In this document: positions 26,001 through 38,024 of the stretch, in pieces
Position numbering within the stretch: the stretch's first letter is position 1
Layout: each line of letters starts with the position of its first letter
Assembly (NCBI GenBank): GCA_051362555.1
Contig: CM120642.1
Coordinates: 18,972,001-19,036,000, forward strand
From: Lingula anatina
Lineage: Eukaryota; Animalia; Brachiopoda
Direction: 5' to 3'
Length of the DNA stretch: 64,000 bases
Program-made: the position numbers and the translations under genes
Notes under the pieces: model-generated
What the model was told of the DNA's origin: nothing
The model's database searches: none
The model's input: the letters and a program-made list of their open reading frames with translations, nothing else

Positions 26001-27365
26001 GTGACAAGAAATTAATCAGTTATATTTTATTCAGTAATACATGGAATTGCTGAGATTTCTTTTGAAAATATATTATTTTTGACAAACAATTTTAAAACCA
26101 AACTGATTATATATTGCCATGGCAATAGTCTTTTAACTATTAAGTGAACTTTAGAACTGTAGACTTGAGCAATGTTCAAAAAGTTTATATTAAATTCTTC
26201 TTTTAACTTTACAGTGAGCTTTAGAACTGTAGGCTTAAGCAGTGTTCAAAAAGTTCATATTGAATTCTATCTTTAACATACCCTTGATTATTTTGTGAAA
26301 ATTAGTATGCAAATATTCATAGATCTGCATTTAAGGAATTCACCAAGTGGAACATTCAAGAGCATACCTGGCTTTTATAGCCTTCATGTCCATCATCCCG
26401 CCTGTCTGCAGATTGAATGGGTCATTCTGAAGAGAATTTGAATATGATCATAGTATTTTGTTTTTATGCAATGAAAAACAGGGGCAAAAATGTATGCAAC
26501 ATGCCATATTATCAGCTCAATATTTTTCTTTTTGGAAAACACTTTTATTTGATGACACACACAACCATGCACACACACACACACAAACATTAAGACATGT
26601 ACACACACACAAACATAAAGATGTACACACACATATCCACACATAAACATAAAGACATGCATACATACACACACACAGTCATACCCATATGCAAGGATAT
26701 TCATATCTTCTAACAGCCAGAGTAATACAGACTTACATTGGAGACTGTGTCCACCACTTTGGGGACCTTCTTCCCCAGGTTCAGTGAAGTGACACTAACA
26801 CCATGCTGCTTTTTACGCAGATTCTGGAGAAGTTTCACATCATTTACATTGGAGCTGATAAAAGAATCAGAAGACAGATTATTAAGTTTGACCAATGGAA
26901 ATATACATGAACCGCCACCCTGAATAAACTGTTAAAACAATATATGAATAAATTACATGTAATTTGTAATAAATCAACTGATTGTCAGACAAAGATAAAT
27001 ACTGAAAATTAACTATTTAAATTTGTACTAAGGGTATTCAAATTTATTAGCGAGAGATCAACTGGCATATTCTGCATTAAAATAGTTGTCTTACGATTAT
27101 TTGACCTTTAACTTCTCCGTGAAACATATTTGATTGTGCCCAATCCAACCCAATCCTTTCCCAATCATGTCCCCAAATTAAATGCCTTGACTTTCGTACA
27201 ACGTTTTACTGTAAATTGATAAAGAACCACCCATAATGTTATAACGGTTGCTACACACCTAGATTCTTCTTCTTTTTCAGAGTCATCCTCACTCTCACTG
27301 GATGCTTTTCTTTTCCTAAATTGTTTTCTTTTCTTCGTTTTGAAAGTCGCTGCATTTTCTTCCAT
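20019..27365 (-). CDS. C9orf78: Splicing factor C9orf78/TLS1 (Hep59/HCA59 family), 9 coding exons
   Basis: Exons 27365-27259, 26854-26737, 26426-26368, 25923-25843, 25525-25451, 21417-21292, 20924-20791, 20451-20347 and 20107-20019 join in frame. Family motifs DPFNLQTGGM, GTAFAAETNRRDEDADMLKYVEEEL, LSNQMLSGIPEVDLGIEAKIKNIEATEEAK, FVPTNYAVNFVQH and EKATDDFHFERFKK. Confidence 0.95.
21441..24821. mobile_element. Non-autonomous Helentron/HINE-like element carrying a satellite array, in C9orf78 intron 5
   Basis: Subterminal inverted repeat ATTGTACCACCAGC (21478-21491) / GCTGGTGGTACAAT (24808-24821), terminal hairpin tgtaccgccagcg-ctaa-cgctggtggtaca (24790-24819), small palindrome GAGGCG-atac-CGCCTC near the left end, internal tandem repeats and no ORF. 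Confidence 0.7.
21650..23840. repeat. 146-bp tandem satellite, two arrays (6 + 7 units) separated by a spacer of about 340 bp
   Basis: GTCAAAGGTC recurs at 21661, 21805, 21951, 22097, 22243, 22389 and at 22865, 23011, 23157, 23303, 23449, 23595, 23741. The spacer at about 22490-22835 is repeated at about 23842-24187. Confidence 0.95.
26143..26278. repeat. Two-copy tandem duplication of about 70 bp in a C9orf78 intron
   Basis: agtgaRctttagaactgtagRcttRagcaRtgttcaaaaagtt occurs at 26143 and 26213. Confidence 0.8.
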
Positions 27366-27672
27366 TTTGCGACCTTGATAACCTTGCTGATATTCAGAGT
27401 GTCTTCTAAATATAATCTTTCGTTTCGAATTAATGAAATGGAAATATTGCTAAACAAAGGATAGCATTTGAGATAATAACGCAGATTTTATGGAAATAAA
27501 TATAATAAGTGTATTTAAAATATATTAAAAAGAATTAATGTATTCCCTGTTATCACCAAAATAAGTACATAATTCATAAACAACTAAACTAAATATCAAT
27601 AGACAACTCAGAGTAGCAATCCTAACACACTCTATCCGCTTGTACAGTGCAGAATTTCACAGGACGTATACT

Positions 27673-30600
27673 ATGGATGAAGAAAGCCTGAAGGCTTCAA
27701 TTGAAACATACAAAATGCAGGTAGCTGATTACACATACTGTCTGACAAACCTCACTCCAACAGTAATAACCAATGGACACTTTTGCAGTATCCCCCACCC
27801 GAACTTAGATTTTCAACGTTTTTCCAAGTAAATTTATGTAGTGACTGTGGGTAATGTCTCTGATATTCAAATAAATTATTTCAAAAATTACCCCCTAATT
27901 TTCAGTGTGTTACAAAAAGCTTCAAGTCCATTTCAATATCAAGAAGGCTGAGGTCATGGCAGGGTTGAAAATTTGCTGTAATCTCATTAGACAGCTGACA
28001 GGAAAATATTTGCAAAAAAAAAAAAAAAAAGAGTTACCACATTTCCTTAATAATTTATTTGAATAGCAGAGACACTGATCAAAGTCATTACATACACTGC
28101 AACTTAGCTAGAAATTTGTGTGTTAGCAGTCCTATTTATTTACCTTTAATTTCTGATATGTAGAGTTGCACACTGTGCTAATGCATGAAAGCAACTTAAG
28201 GTCTCAAAAACTATAAAATGTTTGCATGTCCATGGTGATGTGGGAACTCTCAAATTCCATGCTAGCTGCACCTGAAAAAAATTGAAAATCTAAGACTAGT
28301 GGATGGTTATGGATACTGCAAAAGTCCCAAAACTTTTTAGAAATAGCTTCTAATGTCATACTGTTAATGTCGTTGTCAGTGTTCATGGTATCAATATATA
28401 CAGACAAATTTATCATGATTTTTATTTATTTTTTTATTTATTTATTTCTGAATCTATTGTCTTTTTTATCACTGCAGCTGTCTCAAGTTGAATGTGCCCT
28501 CCTTGCTGCAGGAGCTGAGGGCAGCCCTGATCTTGTTCAACTGAAGTCGGATCTCACAGAGCTCATTCAACTCACAGAAGGTATTTGTCAACAATTTTGT
28601 CATTTTTCACCTGTTTCATAACATTAGTTGTCAAATTGTACATTTGCTGAATATGATGTTTTTAGCATTATGAAATGTGCTTCTGATTTGAAAATAAGAA
28701 AATTTCAGGATTTAGAATAAATACAATGGTTGGAAGATGACAGTGTGTTATGTTTTTTTTTTATTTTGAAAATGGGTATGAAATAGCATTGAAAATGAAA
28801 GTCTATTGGCATGATTGATTTGGCCAAAAAAAAAAAAAAAAAAAAGAATGTTATTATAGCTTGAATTGAGACATGCACATAATTATCACTGAGATCTTTA
28901 TTATTATTATTATTTATTTATAGCTAGTTTACTGTCCTTGAAGAAGAGCCAGTTGCTCAGCATGGTGGAAGAAACAACTAGTAGCAGTATAAACGAAGAA
29001 ACAGACACTTCAAATTCACAAGAACCAGGACCGACAGACTTTGATGCTGAATTTGCTGCATTTCAGGTAACTTGAAATGGCACGTTTTAAGGTGGTATTC
29101 ACTGCAAATTTGCCACATTTTGATTATAACTGCTTTATAAATTAATATTTTATTAATGAGAGGCAGCTTCATCCCATATAGAAATCAATTTAAGAATTCG
29201 AAATATCGCTATCTGTTTTGAGTGTAGATGGACACAGCAAAATATTTGTTAATTCGATATGATATAAAATTTAGGTTAGTATTTTCCTGTTCCATTGGAA
29301 TAACGACATTCAAAATTTAATGCATCTTCATGAAAGATAATGCTTTAGTTTAAACTGACAGTTCAGTATTTCTGAAACCTTTTATTGGCAAATTCATAAA
29401 CTTTTATCCATGCAGCTAAATTCATCACTTATTTTAGGCTACTGTATCAGACACCATATCAGAAAATATTCCCAACATAGACCAAGCATCTTGTTCTGAG
29501 AACAGCACATCAGTTTATGCTGAAAATCAAAGTGTTCAGAGTCAAGACATTGCAAGCTGCAGTCAATATCATGAAGATCATGAGCAATTCCATAGTGACC
29601 TGACAGACCAACTCAATTCTGAACTCAGTGGTATGAAGTGCCGGGCACCGTATGCATTTGACTGGGGAGGAATGGAATATCACAATGCTATGGTGGTTTG
29701 TGTGGAACCTCTTGATGGAGAGGATGAACCTAAAGTGAGTATGGTTTGAAGTTCTTACTGTAAGTAGACTGAGATAAGCATGCTGTTTATTTTTGTCTAG
29801 AGATGAGTGTAAAATTGTTACCAGAGTAGGTAATTAGGCTTAAGGAACCCTAAGCTAATGGTCTTCTATATTAATTTAGAACTCATACTGACTATTTTTA
29901 CAATAATTAAAAAGAATGCCATGTTAAAAATGTCTAATCTTCTTCTCAGATGAGCAATAAATATAATATTGTTTTAATCTTCCACTGACATTATGAATGG
30001 ATAAAAAAGTCTTTTTGAAGCATAATTTTTTTCCTGTACCTTATGGATGTTTTCAACGCTAGTAAGTATTTTTAGTTGTCAAGGACAATTACATTTTGTT
30101 GAATGTTTTTCTGTCAAACCAAAAATATTAGCCATGTTAATTTTTTGTCTGATCCAGGTGAGAGTCCTATACTGTAACCCTACACATCAGTCCATGCTAC
30201 CTTGTCGTTACTTCCTGGATGGGGACTGCAGGTTTTCTGAGGAAGACTGTCGTTACTCACATGGCTCTGTTGTCAGTGTGAATGATCTCCGTGAATTTAA
30301 AGAACCTGATTACAGGTGGAATATTTTAAGTTTATAAAATGACTTGATATTAAATTTTGCATGGAGATTTCCCATTAAAAGACATAAAAATGTTCAATAT
30401 GAACCTATAATAAAAAAACTGTAAATGGAATTTATAATAAAATGGAATATATAAGATAAAGAATGAAAGGGAATTTTGAACGTTAGATCTCTCAGGTTTT
30501 TTTCACGTGTTCTCCACCAGATGGAATGACTTCTTTTTCTTTCTTTCTTTTTTTCTTATTTTTTTTTCAGTCTCTTCAAGGAGGGCTCTGTTTGCTTGGC

Positions 30601-32340
30601 AAAATACTCTGATAACATATGGTACAGGGCTGTGGTTTTATCATGTAAAAAAGATCACAAGTATGCAATTAAATTCAAATCCTATAATGAAGAAGATGTA
30701 GTGGACCTGGAGGATTTAATACCTTTAGGTAATGCCAATATGTTATGACATCGCATTGCATATAATATATATTATAGAGTGGTTCATTAATCAATTTTTT
30801 TTTTGAAAGAACTTGTTATTCATTGTTATTTTTTTCTTACTTTGAGCTGCAAAATTATAATTGGCTGCCACCCTTCATGTGAAATTTATAATAAAAATAG
30901 CATAAGATAATTTTTTCAGTTATTACTAATTTAAATTTCAATTTTGTTTTCATTATCTGATTCAGTGTTAAATGAGCACTGTTTTTGTATACATGTTCAT
31001 AGCATATTGTATATGTGCGTGTTTGGCATGGGGGATATGTATGTGCTCATTGGTACACATATGTATTCACATGAATCACATTATTAGTGTTTGACATAGA
31101 AATCATTCCTTTTCTCTTTATTACATACAGATAATTCTGATGATCCCTGTGACAGTGATTCTGACTCAGACAGTATACAGCCCCTGAAACCTCTCAATGA
31201 TGAAAACAGTGATGAAGAAGATGCTGTCCCTGTGTTTCTGTGGAAACCACCACAAACTACACAGGCCATGGGAGAGTGGGAGGCCTATACAAAGGTAGAT
31301 TAGTAATTATAATAATTGAGGTTTATTTATTTCTTCGCAATATATGTTGTATGTTGAACGCACAGGTACATGTAACATAGGTCATCAAACTCATGCCTGG
31401 TTATTACGTATTGTTTTCCATTCGAATTTTTTCTCATCTCCCTGTGGTGAATACAACCCGAGCTGCGCATATGTGGCACTCAGGGTTAACTGACACAATT
31501 ACCAGTGCTACCGTGTAACTGGGTCTTTTATGATATAGGCTTAAACTAGACTGCAATCATGTTAAATGAAGTTATCATTGTGTGGATCTTGATAACTTTT
31601 TGTCAGTCTGCTCTTAAAATGTCCAACCCAGAGAGCATTTGGAATGGTAGGACTGACAAAACTACCAGTCAGAATAAAATGTACAAATCAGAAGGTGAAA
31701 TCTACAGAAAATGGGGACATTTTTTTTCTTTCACATGACTTGGGCTACTCTTGTCACTGCAACACCTATTACAGGTGACCACCATTTTAATGCAGATGAT
31801 ATTTTGCTATTGTCTCAAGGTGCACACCTAATTGTTAACTCTGCTTTCATTGAAATCTCAGGGTATAGGATCCAAACTGATGTTGAAGATGGGGTATGTT
31901 ATGGGGGAAGGTTTGGGGAAGAATGGAGAAGGACGAGCAGAACCTGTTCCCATAAAACTGCTTCCTCCAGGTAAGTCTACAGAAGAAATTATAGTGGTCA
32001 GTACCTGAGTAAATTCACACAGCTTTACTGGTGCAGCTTCAGTGTTCTGGCATTTAGCATGGGGTCAGTGTTAACATTGCAGACCATTTATGGTATTTTT
32101 TATTATTATTATTTTTTTTTTGTTCAAGCAGCATATAAAACTTGCATCTTAAAAACTGAATCCATGATAAATTCTCAAAATGAAAAAAAAATTAATTAAT
32201 TACTTAAACAAATGTCAATTTTGAGTACATATTTTAAAAAGAAGGTCAGTGAAGTGACAATTTCAAGATAAAGGATTGACACGTATCAGGAATGTGCATT
32301 TTACTGTAATACATGGATTAAATTTCATGTAGTGCACTTA

Positions 32341-32382
<42 letters not shown>

Positions 32383-33606
32383 CAATATATTTTGTAGGAA
32401 AGTCTTTAGACAAGATAATGGAACTGCAAGAGAAAGCAGGAGACCAAAGTTTATTTGATGTCATGAAGAAAGAAAGAAAGAAACAAAAGAAAATTGAAGA
32501 GAAGTTAAAAACGGATTACAAAAAAGAGGCAGCACCTAACGTATTTGATTTTATCAACAAGAAGTTAGGAGGAAAGAAAGGTAGTTCTCTTTAAGGAATG
32601 CTTAAAATATTGATATTGATTTTTACAGTCATCTATGATTTGATTTCCAGTGGTCAGTAAAATTTAAGACAATGTTGAAAACTTACTTGATATATGTGCT
32701 ATTATACTATTATCCATTTTTATTATTCCTATGTAGCTACATAATTTTATTTATATAGAAAATGTCTGGAATTGCAAAATATGGAGAATATGAATTATTT
32801 TTTTTAAGACATAATAAGAAAGTGGACTATGTTGAGAAGTCCCATTTTTTCAAAAATAAAAAAAAGTAGTGGAAGTTGCATTACCAACAGACACTATAGT
32901 TACATTGTATATTTGGTGTTTTGTCTCACCGTTGTGTGACTATGACATTATAGGCGATATTCACTCCCTGCTGCCATCACAGAGACACGGATCCAGAACA
33001 TCTAAGGACTCCTGGAAGAAGACACACATCAATGAGAAAGACCTCCACCAAAAGAGCGACCAGGGGATGCGAGTTCAGCAGTTCAAGACTGACGAGGAGA
33101 TACGCAGTGTGGAAAGACAGCTGAGCAAACTCAGGGATTCGCATGCAAGAAATGCTGGAAAGTAAGTTCATGCTTCTATCTTGACATCATCACCATATAA
33201 GGTATGGCAGGTATTCTAATAGGATATATCTCAAGAACCACTTACAGGTTTTTAAATAATCTTCTAGCATTCTCATATTCCTTCTCAGTGCTTGAAAGGC
33301 GTTTTTACTTCCATGAACAGCAGAATGTTTTTTGTTTTGATTATTTTTCATTTCTAGACATGTTGGGTCACGTGAATGCTTTGTATTTTAACTGAAAAGA
33401 TAAGTAGCTTTATTTATTACTGAATACTCTGTGTTGTTTTTTCAAATGATCAAAAATGTACTTTCAGAGAGAAAAAAGTGGCAGACCAAATCCAACAAAA
33501 GATCTCAACAATGGAAAGTTATCTATCCAAACTGAAGTCTTCTGCCAAAACTCTGTCCACCCACCAAAAGAGGAGAAATGACCACAAGAAACTGACGATA
33601 TTTTGA
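27673..33606 (+). CDS. ZGPAT: Zinc finger CCCH-type with G-patch domain protein, 11 coding exons
   Basis: Exons 27673-27720, 28478-28580, 28924-29066, 29438-29734, 30158-30315, 30571-30728, 31131-31294, 31862-31970, 32398-32580, 32954-33161 and 33468-33606 join in frame. N-terminus MDEESL..IETYKMQLSQVE, CCCH finger (PCRYFLDGDCRFSEEDCRYSHG), Tudor-like (CLAKYSDNIWYRA), G-patch (GIGSKLMLKMGYVMGEGLGKNGEGR) and C-terminal HKKLTIF*. Confidence 0.95.
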
Positions 33607-36565
33607 CAAGGGGACTCTTTATAGACATGTTATAAATGACAGTTATGTCATTTTATGATCAGTAGTTCATTAATTTGGACAATTAAGAAGTTGAAAAGGA
33701 ATGTCGTTTATAAAGGAAATAGTTCAATTTTTTTCAGAACAGTGGTTTTATTGCATTTTGAATTCAGTAACCAGTTAAAGAAATTACCTACGTTCTGTGC
33801 TGTAGTTACAAAAACTGCTAATAAAGTACATTAATATATTTAAAAAACTTATGTAATATGATTTATTTAATTTAATAACTTAATTTTTACAGATTTTGCT
33901 TGCAGACTTTAACGAGTCCTTTATGTGATTATGGAATGAATATAATTGTTGATTGTGCCATGAAACGGTGACTAAATTACATCTTACCGTTATCCATATG
34001 GTTGCATATTATATTTGACACTTTTATTTCTAATATTGAACACGGGAATTGCATCCCATGCAAGAACGAACTAGAGTAGGCAGGCAGTCCTTATATTTTG
34101 TTTCTTTTTACACACAGTACACACAATGATGTGTGCACGGAGTAACTACACGTCTTTGCTTTCTTCTTCCAAATTTGATCATAAAATATGGTCCGGCCAG
34201 GTATATTGAATTTGTACTGAGATATTGAATGTCCTGATTTTAAAGTTTTGGGCGCAGCTTAAAATTTGTTTTTTTTTAAATGGGTTTCACGTCTTTATAC
34301 TTCTTCAAACCCCGTCGGGTTATGTTTCTGTAGGCGAAGATACGCCACTGTATATACATGTATGGATTTTACAGTATGGCCAGTAGGCTTAAAGTTTATC
34401 AAAAAAAACAAAACAAGAAAAAACAATTCTTGTTTACCAGCAGTGTCTAGTTTAGTGGATGGGAAATGTCTGTTGTTATCAAAAAGTGATCATGACAGGC
34501 GTGGAAGCGTATTTTCGTAATATTTGAATTTTATAGGCCCATTTGTGGAACGAAATGGAAATAAGAAAAGAACCTGCACGACTGAAGACCTTTGTAGAAT
34601 AAATTACTCGTTATGTTGTATGTGTTGGTCATAAAGGGCTTTAAGAAATAAATGCAATGCATCGCTTTTCACACTGATACATACTACTGCATCCAACCGT
34701 GCTTGCTAGATTATAGAGAATAAGATACAGAAAAAGAACAAGGAGGAATAGAACTGAATGGGACCATATGGCATCATGTTTATATTACTCTGGTAGGAGT
34801 TCGCACAATAAATCGTACACAGTGGAAGTCGGATTTATACTCGTAATAGGACCCAAACTGGGCTCTCTCCTGTCGACTCCAACCCTACCCCCAATGTTTG
34901 TCTTTTTATTCGCATCTTTTTCAAAACCTTAAGTTCTCTGCTTACCATCATATTTTTCAAAACTAAGTTTTGTGCTTGTAATCTTTAAACTGGTGGCGGC
35001 TGAACTTTCTATGACATTGCAAGCATGAAAATTTTGAATTTTTAAAAACATCCTCGGGTGTGCGAGTAGAAAACAAAACTTCAAAGACTCTTAGTATTCA
35101 TATTTCAAGTTTAACGTTGGGATGTTAAATACCATGGTCACATACGGCAGAACCTGCAGAAAGTGGCTACTTATAAATTAATTGCATATGTTTGTGAAGA
35201 AAACATGTACTTATTGGGGCCTCTCACAGAGTAGACTACCATATTTTGATCCACAGAATGTCTATTTCACTAGAGGCATCCGTGTCATTTAACAGAATAG
35301 TCAACTTTCCAGCTAACTCATAGGCCTAACGTTTTGAAAGGACTCATAAATATACTTCAAATATTATTTCTAATTTTCTCAACACGGCTGACAATTGAAA
35401 AAAATATGATCTATCTTATACACCCAGAATATGAATTTTTGCTAAAAATCAACTATTGCCATTATCAAAACGTGGTTTACGGTGACATTAGAATCTTTGC
35501 ACTTTTTCATATTTCTGTTCAAGTTTCAAAACGAAGTAGTCATATAAAGAATAGGGCCTACATGTAGGTCACCAAATATCAATCATTTTACGGAACCCGT
35601 ACACGTCAAAAACGGGCCCGTCCTAAATAGGGAAATTATATCCGGGAGGACAAACGGATTAGTTCTATTTTGCTGTAAAACAAAAATGTTATGTTAATTG
35701 ACCGTTGGGAATCAGCGACATCGCTTTTGAAGTGTGGTCGGCCATATTTAATCGGCGGATCAGATAGTACTCTGATCATCCATTCTGAATGGCCCCATAC
35801 ATCTTCCTTAAAGAGTTACCATCTTCTTGTATGCAAAATAAATGGCGCGGTACCTAGTTGTTCACGCTTCCTTTACCAAGGCTGGTGACGTCTTGTTGTT
35901 TTGTAGATTCAAATATTCATATAGCCTATTCCGTTCCTCATGCGTCACCAAAGAAAAGGCGAATTAGCAGTACATGGAGAGGGTTTACTAGTTTGGAAAC
36001 ATAAATAAAGTATTTATGAAGCTTGAAGATGATGAAGATTTGTTGTCTCCAATTGAAGTGTTTTTGTTAATCAACAATTGAAAGGTGGAGTTAGATGCGA
36101 GGTTTTTACCGCCTTTATAAGTTTTTTTTTTTTTTTTGATGGACAAGAATTTTGAGATGTAGAATTATACAATCCCGCAATAATGAATCAAAAATTCTCA
36201 AATTTGGCCATTTATTTTCCCAGTACAGTCTTATAGTACACGAAGTCAATACAGTTTCCATGACAACAATATCGAAATGACGCGTGAAAGTGTTTCATTT
36301 GACATAATCAAAAGTATGTAACACGAGTGCCAGAGTAGGGTGCGCCGTCCTCGGTTTACGTACCACCAGCAACGTAAATGAAATTTGAAATACACCACAT
36401 CATGGCGAGAAAAAAATAACCTGGTATAATATGTCCACAGTCGTAAAAGTGTGCTATTATTCCAAGGACGCTTGACTGTTATGGCCAAAGATGATATTGC
36501 ATCAGGAGAGTCTTGCAGCTGAGTTTATAGAAGTACTTCAACTGCTTGTTTTAATTTTATCCTTG

Positions 36566-38024
36566 TTAGAAACCAGAGGCTTTGTTGCATTCACTTGAAG
36601 TCATCTCATCCTTTTCTTCTTCTTTGCCCAACTCTTCCAGTAGCGCCTTAATCAACTTTTCCTGAAAAAGTATAATGTTAGGCAAACTTGTACACACAAT
36701 GTTTTCTTTACTGACAGGAATACTTAGAAAGTGAATCAAATCAAAGTTCAGCGTCTTAATGTCCAAACTTTCATTCTTGACGGTTCTGAACTCCAGCAGC
36801 ATATGACTGATCATGAGTTAATTGCGTTCATTAAAAATGTGAGATGGGATTTTGACTACATGTATATTTTTAAGGACCTACAAAATCCTTCTGACTGGAT
36901 GCGCGTCTGTGTTTGGCGAAGTAAACAAATTTAGGGCTGACTGTCTGATCAAAGAGATGTATACAACTCTGATCGAGGGTTTTGATGCATCTCGTTATTG
37001 TAAACTAAGATTAAGATGGAAATATAGCTAAATTTTTGAAAAAAAAGATTTAATTATAATCGCATCTTTATGTGAATGTAAGCTCATGGATGTTTGAAGA
37101 CGATGACGATGGCACGAAGCCGACCTCGAGCTAAGTGTATCACACACTTTTTTTGGTTTTTGTAATAATCTCTCAAGAGAGGCCATTAGCCACGCATTCC
37201 GTAAAAATGTTACACATTCTTCTCCCTTTTATTTAGGGGGGGGGGGAGGGTGCCTTAAAACGAATTGTTCTGGGGTAAATGCCAACGTTCCCACACTTTC
37301 CAATGATGTATGAGTCCGTTCCGAAATTCAAATTGGTTGTTTGATTGTTCTTTCCTTTTCCGTATGTTTTTTAACAATCTCTCGAGAGATTATTACGGAG
37401 GGTAGCCGTCTATGAAAGTCCACGTGGTCCGATGGCAAGCACAGATTTCAGAATAATTGCGAAAATTGTAATAATAAGCTGAATGATTTATAAACTGTAT
37501 AAGCGTCACATAAAAATACAAGGATATAAAAGTCGCATACCTGGTCGCTGTCTATTATTTCGTTGAGTTCAGCACTTCTAACATCCCTTTTATGACACAA
37601 CACTCCGCTGCGCCGTCGTCTCAGGACTTTTGACAAAAGTAAATACGAAATATGGCTTTAGAAATTATCATTGCCTGTGGTTCTTTGACCTGTCTATGAA
37701 TGCACACATTGTCCAATATTACATGTCTCTTTTTGAAACACTTTTTGAAGCACATTTTGTTATCAGTCCTTTAAGCATTCAATTATGTGGCTCTTTTATT
37801 ATAAAATGCATGGAATTGTGGTCAAGAATAGTTACAATCAACACACAACATGTACCAGTAAAGTGAGGAAAATAGTTTGAAAAATAAAATATAATACATG
37901 TATGTAATTGGACAAAATAAAGTGAGGCGTACTTACACGCAGCGTCACACACCTCCGAATTGGCGAGCAACTGCATAAGAAGCAAGGTCACCAGAAGGAA
38001 AACAAAGGTTCGACGTTTGTCCAT
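36566..38024 (-). CDS. Secreted poly-Arg peptide precursor, gene A (89 aa)
   Basis: Exons 38024-37937, 37626-37541 and 36661-36566 (intron phases 1 and 0): MDKRRTFVFLLVTLLLMQLLANSEVCDAAFLRRRRSGVLCHKRDVRSAELNEIIDSDQEKLIKALLEELGKEEEKDEMTSSECNKASGF*. The exon-2 acceptor is AAG. Confidence 0.8.

Noticed and set aside
31443-31498. C/D-box-like segment (gtggtga...ctga with terminal tgtg/caca) in ZGPAT intron 7
   Set aside because: The C box is non-consensus, the segment is short, and I could not identify an antisense guide.
36246-36488. ORF with a similar copy at 47632-47877 (VYFKxHLRCWWYVNR...)
   Set aside because: The similarity comes from the segmental duplication. It lies in the 3' UTR region of genes A/C, and start, end and frame are not conserved between copies.
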